From NCBI GenBank assembly GCA_052327205.1, contig CM126222.1:55924001-55988000 (forward strand): a DNA stretch of 64,000 bases, read 5' to 3'. Origin of the DNA: Somniosus microcephalus (taxonomy: Eukaryota). Below the pieces are notes generated by a model that had not been told where the DNA came from, searched no databases, and saw only the letters and a program-made list of their open reading frames with translations. Numbering within the stretch: the first letter of the stretch is position 1; every line of letters begins with the position of its first letter. Positions 11,499-23,582 of this stretch are shown piece after piece. The position numbers were made by a program, and so were the translations under genes.

Positions 11499-14449
11499 AT
11501 GACAACGGAGAAGGTCATAGACTTAGGTAGCAGTGGGGGAATTAAAAAACAGAACGTGTCAGGAAGGGACAGAAGGTATGGAGTAAAAAGTAAAGTACTA
11601 AAAGGGGAAAAAACAGGAACTAAGTGTGACAAAACATATTTGAAAGTTCTTTATCTGAATGCACGTAGCATTCATAAAAAAATGAATGAGTTAACGGCAC
11701 AAATAATGACATATGGGTATGATCTTGTGGCCATTACAGAAACATGGCTGCAGGGTGACCATGACTGGGAATTAAACATACCAGGTTATTTAACAATCAG
11801 GAAGGACAGGCAGGAAGGGAGGGGAGGTGGGATGGCTATGTTAATAAAGGAAGGAATCACTATAATACAGAGAAATGATATTGGGTCAAAGGAGCAGGAT
11901 AGTGAAACAGTTTGGGTGGAGATAAGGAATAATAAGGGGAAAAAAACACTAGTGGGCGTAGTCTATAGGCCTCCGAACAGTTGCAACTCTGTTGGACGGA
12001 GTATTAATCAGGAATTAGTTGATGCTTGTAATAAGGGAATAGCTATAATTATGGGGGATTTTAATTATCATATTAACTGGACAAATCAAATTGGGCAGAG
12101 CAGCCTTGAGGATGAGTTCATTGAGTGTATTAGGGATGGGTTTCTTGAGCAGTATGTAACTGAACCGACCAGGGGGCAAGCAACCTTAGATTTGGTCCTG
12201 TGTAATGAGACAGGATTAATTAAAAATGTCCTAGTAAAGGATCCCCTTGGAATGAGTGACCATAACATGGTTGAATTCCATATTCAATTAGAGGGTGAGA
12301 AGGTTGGATCTCAAACAAGCGTGCTGAGCTTGAATAAAGGAGACTATGAAGGTATGAGAGCGGAATTGATTAGAGTGGACTGGGAAAATAGATTAAAGGG
12401 TAAGACAGTACATGATCAGTGGTGTACATTTAAGGAGTTATTTTACAACTTCCAAAAAATATATATTCCACTGAGGAAAAAAGGGTGTAAAAGAAAAGAT
12501 AGCCATCCGTGGCTAAGTAAAGTAATTAAGGATAGTATCTGACTAAAAACAAGGGCATATAAGGTAACCAAATCTAGTGGGAGGATAGAAGATTGGGAAG
12601 TCTTTAAAAGACAGCAAAAAATAACTAAATGATTGATTAAGAAAGGGAAGAGCGATTATGAAAGTAAAGTAGCAAAAAATATAAAAACAGATAGCAAAAG
12701 TTTCTATAGTTATATAAAAAGAAAAAGGGTGGCTAAAGTAAATGTTGGTCCCTTAGAGGATGAGAACGGGAAATTAATGGTGGGAAACATGGAGATGGCA
12801 AAAACGCTGAACAATTATTTTGTATCAGTCTTTACGGTAGAGGACACTAAGAATATCCCAACACTGGACAAACAGGGGGCTCTGGGGGGGGAGGAGCTGA
12901 ATACGATTAAAATCACTAAGGAAGTGGTACTTGGTAAAATAATGGGACTCAAGGCGGATAAATCCCCTGGACCTGATGGCTTGCATCCTAGGGTCTTGAG
13001 GGAAGTGGCGGTAGGGATTGTGGATGCATTGGTAATAATTTTCCAAAACTCCCTGGACTCAGCAAAGGTCCCGGCAGATTGGAAAACTGCTAATGTAACA
13101 CCCTTATTTAAAAAGGGTAGTAGGCAGAAGGCTGGAAACTATAGACCTGTTAGCCTAACATCTGTGGTTGGTAAAATGTTAGAGTCCATTATTAAGGAGA
13201 CAGTAACGAGACATTTGGATAAACATAATTTAATAGGACAAACTCAGCATGGTTTCATGAAGGGGAAGTCATGTTTGACAAATTTGCTTGAGTTCTTTGA
13301 GGAAGTAACATACAGGGTGGATAAAGGGGAACCAGTGGATGTAGTGTATTTAGACTTCCAAAAGGCATTTGACAAGGTGCCACACAAAAGATTATTGCTC
13401 AAGATAAAAAATCACGGGATTGGGGGTAATATTCTGGCGTGGGTGGAGGATTGGCTCTCTAACAGAAAGCAGAGAGTTGGGATAAATGGTTCGTTCTCAG
13501 ACTGGCAACCAGTAACTAGTGGTGTTCCGCAGGGGTCAGTGCTGGGTCCCCAACTCTTTACAATCTATATTAACGATTTGGAGGAGGGGACCGAGTGTAA
13601 CATATCAAAGTTTGCAGATGGTACAAAGATGGGACGGAAAGTAGTGAGTGAGGAGGACATAAAAAACCTGCAAAGGGACATAGACAGGCTAAGTAAGTGG
13701 GCAGAGATTTGACAGATGGAATACAATACTGGAAAGTGTGAGGTTATGCACTTTGGCAGGAAAAATCATAGAGCAAGTTATTATCTTAATTGCAAGAAAC
13801 TGGAAAGTACTGTAGTACAAAGGGATCTGGGGGTCCTGGTGCACGAAACTCAAAAAGTTAGTATGCAGGTGCAGCAAGTGATCAAGAAGGCCAATGGAAT
13901 GTTGGCTTTTATTGCTAGGGGGACAGAATATAAAAGCAGAGAGGTATTGCTGCAGTTGTACAAGGTATTGGTGAGACCGCACCTGGAATACTGCATACAG
14001 TTTTGGTGTCCATACTTAAGAAAAGACATACTTGCTCTCGAGTCAGTACAAAGAAGGTTCACTCGGCTAATCCCGGGGATGAGGGGGTGGTCATATGAGG
14101 AGAGGTTGAGTAGATTGGGACTCTACTCATTGGAGTTCAGAAGAATGAGAGGCGATCTTATTGAAACATATAAGATTGTGAAGGGGCTTGATCGGGTGGA
14201 TGCGATGAGGATGTTCCCAATGATGGGTGAAACTAGAACTAGGGGGCATAATCTTAGAATAAGGGGCTGCTCTTTCAAAACTGAGATGAGGAGAAACTTC
14301 TTCACTCAGACGGTGGTAGGTTGTGGAATTTGCTGCCCCAGAAAGCTGTGGAAGCTACATCATTAAATAAATTTAAAACAGAAATAGATAGTTTCCTAGA
14401 AGTAAAGGGAATTAAGGGTTACGGGGAGCGGGCAGGAAATTGGACATGA
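11499..14449 (+). pseudogene. CR1 ORF2 (APE endonuclease + RT), disrupted
   Basis: [40 protein letters not shown]; stops near 12540, 12630 and 13710, catalytic FADD changed to FADG, frameshift near 14320. Confidence 0.9.
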
Positions 14450-14889
14450 GTCTAGGTTCAGAATGGTCATGGCCCTGTGGGTAGTGGAGTGGGCCCAGGG
14501 GCCGTGTAGCCTGGTTCTGCTCCTACTGTGTTCTAATTCTGTGTTAGATTTCAGGAGATGGTTTTATTCCTGTTCCTGGCTGGGGTGGAGATCGCCTTTA
14601 CAGAAGGTAAGTACTGTAGAAAATATAGGGACAGAGTGATCTGCTGGACGAGTTTCGATCGCCTAGATGGGTCGGAGAGGAATTTCCCAGATTTTTTTCT
14701 CCCAAATTGGCCATTGGATTTTTTATCTGGTTTTTCGCCTCTCCCGGGAGATCACATGGGCTCGGGTGGATGGAGAGTGATGGAAGATTTGAGGTTAGGA
14801 TCAGATCAGCCATGATCTTATTGAATGGTGGAGCAGGCTCGAGGGGCCGATTGGCCTACTCCTGCTCTTATTTCTTATGTTCTTATGTT

Positions 14890-15613
14890 CTAACTGTTTG
14901 CTGCACCTGCATTTTTGCTTTCAGTGACTGGTGTACAAGGACACCCAGGTTCCTTTGTACATCAGCATTTCCCAATCTATCACCATTTAAATAATACTCT
15001 ACCATTCTGTTTTTCCTACCAAAGTGGATAACTTCACATTTATCCACGTTATACTGCATCTGCCATGTATTTGCCCACTCACTCAACTTGTCTAAACTGC
15101 CATGAAGCCTCTTTGCATCCTCCTCACAACTCACAATCACACCTAGTTTTGTGTCATCAGCAAACTTGGAAATTACATTTGGTTCCCTCATCCAAATCAT
15201 TGCTATATATTGTGAATAGCTGGGGCCTAAGCACTGATCCCTGTGTTACCCCACTAGTCACCTCCTGCCACCCCAAAAAAGACCCATTTATTCCTACTCT
15301 CTGTTTCCTGTCTGTTAACCAATTTTCAATCCGTGCCAGTATATTACCCCCAATCCCATGTGCTTTAATTTTGCACACTAACCTCTTATGTGGGACTTTA
15401 TCAAAGGCCTTCTGAAAATCCAAATACACCACATCCACTGGTTCTCCCTTATCTATTCTACCAGCTACATCCTCAAAAAACTCCAGTAGGTTTGTCAAAC
15501 ACGATTTCCCTTTCATAAATTCATGTTGACTTTGTTTAATCCCGTTGATATTTTCTAAGTGTCCTGTTATCACATCCTTTATAATAGACTCTAGCATTTT
15601 CCCTACTACTGAT
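14890..15613 (-). mobile_element. CR1 host copy, middle segment (RT)
   Basis: Continues the host reading frame across the TSD; [19 protein letters not shown]. Confidence 0.9.
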
Positions 15614-16090
15614 ACCTGGGATGGCAGGAATGACGTATGAGGAGAGATTGGGACAATTGGGCTTATACTCACTGGAGTTTAGAAGAATGAGAGGGGATCT
15701 CATTGAAACATATAAAATTCTAACAGGACTGGACAGACTGGATGCAGGAAGGATGTTCCCGATGGCCGGGGAGTCCAGACCAGGGGTCACAGTCTAAGGA
15801 TAAGGGGTAAGCCATTTAGGACTGAGATGAGGAGGAATTTCTTCACCCAGAGAGTGGTGAACCTGTGGAATTCTCTACCACAGAAGGCAGTCGAGGCCAA
15901 TTCATTAAATATATTCAAGAAGGAGTTGGATATATTTCTTAAGGCTAAAGGGATCAAGGGATATGGGGAGAAAGCAGGGACAGGGTACTGAATTTGGATG
16001 ATCAGCCATGATCTCATTGAATGGCGGAGCAGGCTCGAGGGGCCGAATGGCCTACTCCTGCTCCTATCTTCTATGTTTCTATGTTTCTAT
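15614..16090 (+). mobile_element. Second nested, 5'-truncated CR1 (3' ~480 bp)
   Basis: IPGMAGMTYEERL...GTGY*, stem-loop, (TTTCTATG)n tail; short GAT duplication or microhomology at the junctions. Confidence 0.88.
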
Positions 16091-16231
16091 GATGTTAGGC
16101 TAACCGGTCTGTAGTTCCCGGTTTTCTCTCTCCCTCCTTTTTTAAATAGTGGGGCTATGTTTGCCACCCTCCAATCTGCAGGAACTGTTCCATAATCTAT
16201 AGAATTTTGGAATTTTGGAAGATGACAACCA
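16091..16231 (-). mobile_element. CR1 host copy, 5'-most segment
   Basis: Reverse strand encodes [40 protein letters not shown] and joins SVVGKMLE at 15613. Confidence 0.85.
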
Positions 16232-16317
16232 AAAGGGCAAAACAATTAACTCCCATTTAATGCACTGTCTGTGCAGTAAGAGGACTGTCACCCTTATCTG
16301 ACTATAATAACAAGCAC

Positions 16318-16960
16318 TTAAATTTATACAGCACCTTTAATGTAGAAAAATGTTCCAAGGCGCTTCAGAAAAGCATAATCAGGAATAAAGAAGGAGATTT
16401 TAGGACGGGTCAGCAAAAGCTTGGTCAAAGAGGTGGGTTTTTGGGAGGGCCTTAAAGGAGGGGATGGACATGGCGAGGTGGAGGGGTTTAAGCAATGAAT
16501 TCCAGAGCATGGGGCCCAGGCAGCTGGAGGCATGGTTGCCAATGGTGGGGTGAAAGGAGGGGGGGGGAGGATGCACAAAAGGCCAGAGTCGGAGGAATGA
16601 TGAGTTTGGGAGAGGGGTTGTGGAGTTGGAAGCCGTTACAGAGATTGGGAGGGGCAAGGCTAAGAAGTAATTTTAACACGGGATGAGAATTTTAAATTGT
16701 ACATATTGGGGACTGAAAGCCAATGTCGACATCGGGAAGGACAGAGATCATGGTGAGCAGGACGTGGCGTTGGGTGAGAGATGGGCAGCAGAGTTTTACA
16801 GAGGGAGGAGGCTGGGAAACTGGAGAGCATTGGAATAGTATCTGGAGGTGACAAAGACATGGATGAGAGTTTCAGCAGCAGGTGGGTGGAGTAGGGGCCG
16901 ATGTGGATGATGAAAACAGATGTGGAGATAGGTAGTCTTTGTGATGAAGCCAGAAAGGTA
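16318..16960 (-). mobile_element. L2 LINE 3' fragment
   Basis: SCLGPMLWNSL, FKALPKTHLFDQAF; L2 tail AAAGGTGCTGTATAAAT. Confidence 0.8.
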
Positions 16961-17292
16961 ATACTGCTGTGCTGAGAATTTAATGGTCCTCTTTTCCCCA
17001 ACTGATCTTATTTGATGGTCATATTGTTAGATAAGCTTACTTAAACAGGCCAGAGCAGTTTTATACGCTAATAGACCTCTCTGTAACATTTCTAAAAAAC
17101 ATGTTCTTGGAGGTATCAGTGGTCACGTGACTCTTATACTGGATGCATGAATCTTTTAGCTATTGGTACCTTATGATATTCTGTAAATGATGATTTCACT
17201 ACTGTACTAACCTTAGTTCACGTAAAAGTTTAAGTCTTACTTTCTCTAGTCTATACTAGGGCCTTTAAATCCTGCACTGTCTTTCACTTATA

Positions 17293-17497
17293 GGGCTGAT
17301 TTTACACATACTCACTACCAGTGAAGAGCCTCACATGTCAGTTATGCACATCGGGAAATCACAGGTGTATTACCACACTTTTCCATCCATTAATGTAATG
17401 GATGGGAAATCATTGGTAGTGGATCTGCAATTTCCCAATATGCAGGATTTCCCAGGGGAGTCTCCCCACCAGTATTGAGCACTTGTAAAATTGGGCC
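17293..17497. mobile_element. Palindromic MITE (Harbinger/Tourist-like ends)
   Basis: TIRs GGGCTGATTTTACA / TGTAAAATTGGGCC; central hairpin TTCCATCCATTA...TAATGGATGGGAA. Confidence 0.6.
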
Positions 17498-17836
17498 TAC
17501 TCTTTAATTATCAGAAATTTGTCAGAAAACCCAAAAGAAAGAGATAATTTTAATACATTTCTGACCTCTTCTGCCATTGCTCTGATTATGTTTTTTATAA
17601 TGGAGAATAATACTGCATGATGATTTAGAAAGACTTCATAATGCTATTGGGCTAACTCCTCTGTTACTATATTCTTTTGGCTCCTTGCTGCATTTTTGAA
17701 AATCTCAGCTAACACCTTAGCTCGAATGTCTAGAGCGTGGGGAAAAGGCGCTGCCAAATGAAAGTTCAGTATCTCCTATGCAAATTGTAAATATAACATC
17801 AGAAATTACAATTACCAGGAAATCTTTGACTCTTTT

Positions 17837-18922
17837 CTGTCTATATCCCCTTGAAGCCTCCTTGCATCCTCCTCACAACTTACATTCCCACCCAGCTTTG
17901 TATCATCAGCAAACTTGGATATATTATATTTGGTAAGAGAGGTTATTAAACAAAATTAGGGTTTGGGGGTAATATACTAGCATGGATTGAGGATTGGTTA
18001 ATGCACAGAAAACAGAGACTAGGAATAAACGGGTCATTTTCAGGTTGGCAGGCTGTAACTAGTGGGGTACCGCAAGGATCAGTGCTTGGGCCTCAGCTAG
18101 TCACAATCTACATCAATGATTTGGATGAGGGGGCCAAATGTAATATATCCAAGTTTGCTGATGATACAAGATGGATGGGAATGTAAGTTATGAGGAGGAT
18201 GCAAGGAGGCTTCAAGGGGATATAGACAGGCTAAGTGAGTGGGCAAGAACATGGCAAATGGAATATAACGTGGAGAAATGTGAAGTTATCCACTTTGTAG
18301 GAAAAGTAGAAAAGCAGAGTATTTTTTAAATGGTGAGAGATTGGGAAATGTTGGTGTTCAGAGGGACCTGGGTGTCCTTGTACACAAATCACTGAAAGTT
18401 AACATGCAGGTACAGCAAGCAAATGGTATGTTGGCCTTTATTACAAGAGGATTTGAGTATACGAGTAAAGATGCCTTACTGCAATTATATAGGGCCCTGG
18501 TGAGACTACACCTGGAGTATTGTGTACAGTTTTAGTCTCCTTACCTAAGGAAGGATACACTTGTCATAGAGGGAGTACAATGAAGGTTCACCAGACAGGT
18601 TCCTGGGTTGGGGGGATTGTCCTATGAGGAGAGATTGAGTAGACTAGGCCTATATTCTCTAGAGTTTAGAAGAATGAGAGTTGATCTCATTGCAATATAC
18701 AAAATTCTTACAGGACTTGACAGGGTAGATGCAGAGAAGATGTTTCCCCTGGCTGGGGAGTCTAGAACCAGGGGTCAGAATAAGGGGTTGGCCATTTAGG
18801 ACTGAGATGAGGAGAAATTTCTTCACTCAGAGGGTGGTGAATCTTTGGAATTCTCTACCTCAGAGGAGCAGGCTCAAGGAGCTGAATGGCCTACTCCTGT
18901 TCCTATTTCTTATGTTCTTATG
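17837..18922 (+). mobile_element. 5'-truncated CR1 with an inverted duplicated 5' segment
   Basis: RT motifs [14 protein letters not shown]; tail TTCTTATG; 17837-17933 is the reverse complement of 18134-18229. Confidence 0.85.
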
Positions 18923-19299
18923 ACTCCTCTGAGAGTTGATCTGTGAGGTTAAACAGTCATTACTTCAAAGCTTTGCAGAACTTTTTTCCTGCCTGCAAAA
19001 CTCTATTCTAGACAATGCTAGCTAGAACTCTCTAAACTGTACACAGAAATTAAAATGTACAGATAAATATCACTTACTAAATTAGGGTTGTTGAACCTTC
19101 ATTAGGAAATCTATGACTTGCTCTTTGATATCCCAGTACAATGACCATGGTGTATTTCATTAAACATCTGTCTTTTGTTAGTGTGGTTTTGGTCATTCTC
19201 CGATAGTTTCCTACATTGTGGCCATGCAGTGGTTGAATGCACTAGAATCTCGACACACTGTCTGCTGGAGTGGTAGGACATTCACTGACACTCATGATC

Positions 19300-19625
19300 T
19301 TCCACATGCATCCAACCTCTACCACGTGCCGCACACCTCATAGTGAGAGAGTCCCCCGAAGCTGCTGACATTCACCTTCCAGTGGCTGGTTTCAGTTGGT
19401 GGCGTTTGGTGCAGTCAACCTATCCAGGGATGGTGAGAAAGTAACTTAAAAAGGAAAAGCCAGCTGCCGTTCAGTCGAGCAACAGATGTGCTATTGGTTT
19501 GGAAAGGAAAAGCATAATGTGCACAGCAGGAGATTTGTAGGAGAAACTTTACGATGAGATGTACTGGTTGCACATTTGTGTGTAGGTGGCGGTCTGAAAA
19601 TCTCGGGAGTAGGCTATGTGCCAAA
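19300..19625 (-). mobile_element. Decayed Myb/SANT (Harbinger-associated) fragment
   Basis: PRFSDRHLHTNVQPV resembles the PRFSDxxLxxLVxxV start of Myb_DNA-bind_5. Confidence 0.35.
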
Positions 19626-20179
19626 TCTATGCCTGGGTTGCACAGCCCAGCATTTCACAGTCGGGCAGCTTTGAGATCACAGCCAGCTCTCGCTGATAGT
19701 ACACAAGTGTTTCATTAAGATTTCCAAAATTATTTAACTTCAGCTGGCCTGCGGTTTTCTGTTTTCAGTGGAAATGTTTGCAGTAAAAGGTCCTTTGAGT
19801 TTTTCATTTTTAAAACTGTCTGGTGCTGGTTCAGGATATTTTCTCATTTATTTGCTTTTTTTTTACTTTTTCTTTTTTTTGCATTTTGTTGGGTGAATTT
19901 ATTCATTCTTTTGTTTTTTTTTTACTTATTTCTTGCTTTTTTTTTTAGTTCTTCTGGATTTTTAAATCATAGCATTTCAGAAAGCTTAAACCTCATCTTA
20001 AGCACTCTAAAATGGACATTCCTCTGGGAATTTCGCTTGCTATAAGGGAGCTTTAGGATCTGCAGAAGAATGATCAGAGAGGGGACCACCAGCATTTAAG
20101 ACAGCCTGCACACACCCACCATTACCCAAGCATTCCAGCCTATAGGGCCCACCAGTACTATCTGGGCATGTCAGAAAAA

Positions 20180-20700
20180 ATAGAAACATAGGAACACGGG
20201 AACGGGAGTAGGCCATTTAGCCCCTCGAGCCTGTTCCGCCATTCAATGAGATCATGGCTGATCTGTGACCTAACTCCACATACCTGTCTTTGCCCCAGAT
20301 CCCTTAATACCTTTGGTTAACAAAAATCTATCAATCTCAGATCTAAAATTAATAATTGCCGTTGGCGAAAGAGAGTTCCAAACTTCCTTTGCATGTAAAA
20401 CTGTTTCTTAACTTCACTCCTGAAAGGCCTGGCTCTAACTTTTCGGTTATGTCCCCTAGTCCTAGACACCCGAACCAGTGGAAATAGTGTCTCTCTATCT
20501 ACCCTATCAGTTTGTGTAATCTCTCCTCGTAATTTAACCCTTGGAGTCCAGGTATAATCTATGCTGCACTCCCTCCAAGACCAACATATGCTTCCTAAGA
20601 TGTGGTGCCCAGAACTGAACACAGTACTCCAGGTGCGGTATAACCAGGGCTTTGTATAGCTGTAGCATAACTTCTACCCGCTTGTATTCTAGTCCTCTAG
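20180..20700 (-). mobile_element. CR1 3' fragment
   Basis: [17 protein letters not shown] on the reverse strand; CR1 stem-loop and tail. Confidence 0.85.
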
Positions 20701-20961
20701 TTGTGCCTTCACCAACCTATATTTCTTTTTCCAGGTAGGAATCATGCTCTTGAATTATGGTAGTGTAGTGGTTATAGTACTGGACTAGCAACCAAGTAGA
20801 TCATGAGTTCATAATCCCACCCTGGCAAACATGAAACCGATTCAATAAATCTGTGCCATAGCTCATGGTATAATTTTTTAAAACTTGCATCGTAACCTGT
20901 ATGTCACTAAGTGACCATGCATCATGAAGCCATGTTGTATTACAATGAATTGAGGTGTGTG

Positions 20962-21122
20962 CCTGGAATTTCTGTGTGGGTTCTCCCAATCTACATGTAT
21001 CAGACTAGTGGAGCTCCTGGGGAAATGCTAGAAATGGCAATTTACACTGTTTCTCTAGGATTTCCACCGATCTGCCAAAGTTATGTTGGGAGATCAGGAG
21101 AACGCCACAGAAATTCTCCCCT
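20962..21122. mobile_element. Short MITE
   Basis: Imperfect TIRs GAATTTCTGTG..TTCTCC / GGAGAACGCCACAGAAATTC. Confidence 0.45.
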
Positions 21123-21404
21123 TGGAATATGCCAGTGTGGCAAGGCTTTCAATTGTATATAGTATCTTGAATGTGTGCCATGTTGTCTTTCAGATGAGAC
21201 ATTAAACCAAGGCCCCATCTGTCCCCTCAAGTGGACATAAAAGATCCCACGGCACTATTCGAAGAGGAGCAGGGGAGTTCTCTCGGTGTCCTGGCCAACA
21301 TTTATCTCTTAGCCAACACATAAAAACAGATAATTTGGTCAATTATTACATTGCTGTTTGTGGGACCTTGCTGTTTGCAAATTGGCTGCCACATTTCTTA
21401 CATT

Positions 21405-22160
21405 GGGCCAGTAATTCCGGTCCCAACGCGTGAGTACGGATGGGGTACTCATGTGTGGGCCCGTTGGAAGTGCCGGATTTCAGCATGCACAACGCATGCG
21501 CGGGAAACCGGCATTTCCTCCAAGGGGTTCAGAGGTCCAACGCGTGCGCGCAGGACTCTGCGCGCACGCGTTGAACTTCCTTCTTTTTGACAGGTTTGCG
21601 CGTGTGCAAGGGCCTGAACTTTTTACACATATAAAAAGGAGGCGTAAGGAGTGGATTCTTGCAGGTAAGTGGTCTATTATTTAAAATTATTACATTTTTT
21701 CCACAGCTTCGTTGTTTTTAAGGACTTTACAGTAAGGTAAGTTTATTTTTAGACCCGATTTCATAAAAAATTATTTTTTTCAAAAATTTTATTAATTGTT
21801 TAAAATAGTTTTTTAAAGTTATTTATAGTTTATTTAATTATTGGGATGTTTTTTAAAATTTTATTTAAAGTTAAACTAGTCTTTTGGGCGCCCGTGCTTT
21901 TCATGAGTTTGACAGTCTTTACTATCAAACTCATGAATGAAGTTTCCCCTCCCCTGATTGGCTGCACAGTGCTCACCTGATCCCAGCCGGCACATCGCAC
22001 TAACTACGCCGTTGGATCAGGCAAGCACATCGCGCCGACACCTGAACCGGGCCAGTGACAGGAATTCCAAGCAGGCCCAGGCTTCAGATGTCGGCGCGCC
22101 GGGTGAGTGCACATCGGGGGCTTGCACGCGCGGCAAGCACCCGATCCTAATTTCTGGCCC
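21405..22160. mobile_element. Non-autonomous PIF/Harbinger element (756 bp)
   Basis: TIRs GGGCCAGTAATT / AATTTCTGGCCC; 3-bp TSD ATT at 21402-21404 and 22161-22163; splits the SINE cleanly. Confidence 0.8.
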
Positions 22161-22419
22161 ATTATAACCGTGACTACACTTCAAAAAGTAATTAATTGGC
22201 TGTAAAGCGTTTTAGGATGCCCTGTTGTCGTGAAAGTCATTGTATAAATGCAAGTTCTTTCTTCTTTCTTTATGTTGTGGTATGGGTATGCATTAGATGC
22301 AATGTGAGACATGTAAATTTTTGTGAGGGTCTGGTATGAAACAGGTTGACAGGCAACGCTTTGTGACAAATAATCTTGGACCAGCTACCCAATATATGGT
22401 ACTGTTGGGATTACATTTC

Positions 22420-22635
22420 ATTGCCAGATTCCTAAAATGTGTCAGCTTCTTCTTGATCTATTCCCAGGTCCTGCAGGTAGTGTACAAGTAATATACACAA
22501 CATTGATACTCACCACCACTTCCTGCACTGCTGTCTTCTGAGGAGAGTACCCTGCATGCTAGGCAGGACATCCTTCCTCGCACTCACCTCAAGAAGAAGC
22601 ACCTCCATAGAATAAGGTGCTGCACTTTTCCATCA
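22420..22635 (-). mobile_element. Decayed Myb/SANT (Harbinger ORF2-like) fragment
   Basis: Frameshifted SMEVLLLEVSARKDVL ... QEVVVSIN ... RTWE*IKKKL, the Myb_DNA-bind_5 signature. Confidence 0.55.
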
Positions 22636-23124
22636 CTTGCCCGCAGATTCTGCTTTGTACCTTCATATCAGGTTTGGTTTTGCTTCAATTTTTATTTGGC
22701 CTTTCTTTCCCCCTTTCCCTCTTCAGCCTTGGCAAAGTCTTCAAAGAGTTTCAATATACTTTTTTAGCCTTTATAAAGGCTTTAAGAATTTTTGCTACCC
22801 TATATGGCCACTGAAAAATAAAAGACTGGAGATAACTCTCTCACTGCTTCTCCATTCCTTTAAATTTCAGCTAAAATGTGATTTTGTGCTACTCCCATTG
22901 AACTAGCTCCCTCACAAGGCCGAAGCTGCACAGCCAGCTATGAATAACTATGCAAAAAAGCTGACCCTGCAAAATTATTGGCAGACAACTCACTGCGCAG
23001 TTGGCTAGCTTTCCACTATCACCTTGGCATTCAAACCTAAGTTTAGCTGGGACAAAGCCATCCCTTGTATTTCATTAAATGGGCTCATCTAGTTTCTAAA
23101 ACATGCTCATTAATTTCACTTAAT

Positions 23125-23535
23125 ATTTAAGCAATAGCTTGACTCACTTGCAGCATTCTCATCTCTGAGTTGTGTTGTGTTGTGCTCCAGGGCTTCAGCT
23201 CATAAGCTCGGTTGAAACTCCACTACAAAACTGAGTGAGTACTCTACTATTAAAGAGATCATTCCTCAGATGAGATTTTAAACTGACACCCGATCTACCC
23301 GTTCCAGTGGCTCAAATGGATATTGAAGATCACCTGGCACAATTTTAAGAACTGGGAGCCCTCCTGGTGTTCTTCCCTTAAGCAATGGCACCAAAAACAG
23401 GCTAACTGGTCATTCATCACATTGCTGTGTCCCCAATATGGGTGCCATGTTCACGTACATAACAACAGTTGTTAAGTTTTTTGATGTATTTCTGAGTGAG
23501 GTGATAAGGTGTTATGTAAATGTAAATCTTTCTTT
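23125..23535 (+). mobile_element. Old Deu-domain SINE
   Basis: Colinear degenerate match to the SINE at 21180-22262. Confidence 0.65.
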
Positions 23536-23582
23536 CTTGCTCTGCTTCCAATCCAATGTAATAATTTTATTTAGTAATGTTA

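Larger units (their letters stand above)
9989..14889 (+). mobile_element. Full-length CR1 LINE nested in an antisense CR1
   Basis: 5' UTR, ORF1, ORF2, 3' UTR and (TTCTTATG)n tail; 8-bp TSD CTAACTGT at 9981-9988 and 14890-14897. Confidence 0.92.
20757..22262 (+). mobile_element. Deu-domain SINE (SacSINE1/AmnSINE1-like) interrupted by two MITEs
   Basis: tRNA-like head (GTAGTGGTTA...GAGTTCATAATCCC), Deu core GATGAGACATTAAACC...GATCCCACGGCACTATTCGAAGAGGAGCAGGGG, tail TATAAATGCAAG. Confidence 0.75.

Noticed and set aside
15157-15672. 171-aa RT-like ORF
   Set aside because: Chimera crossing the junction of a nested CR1
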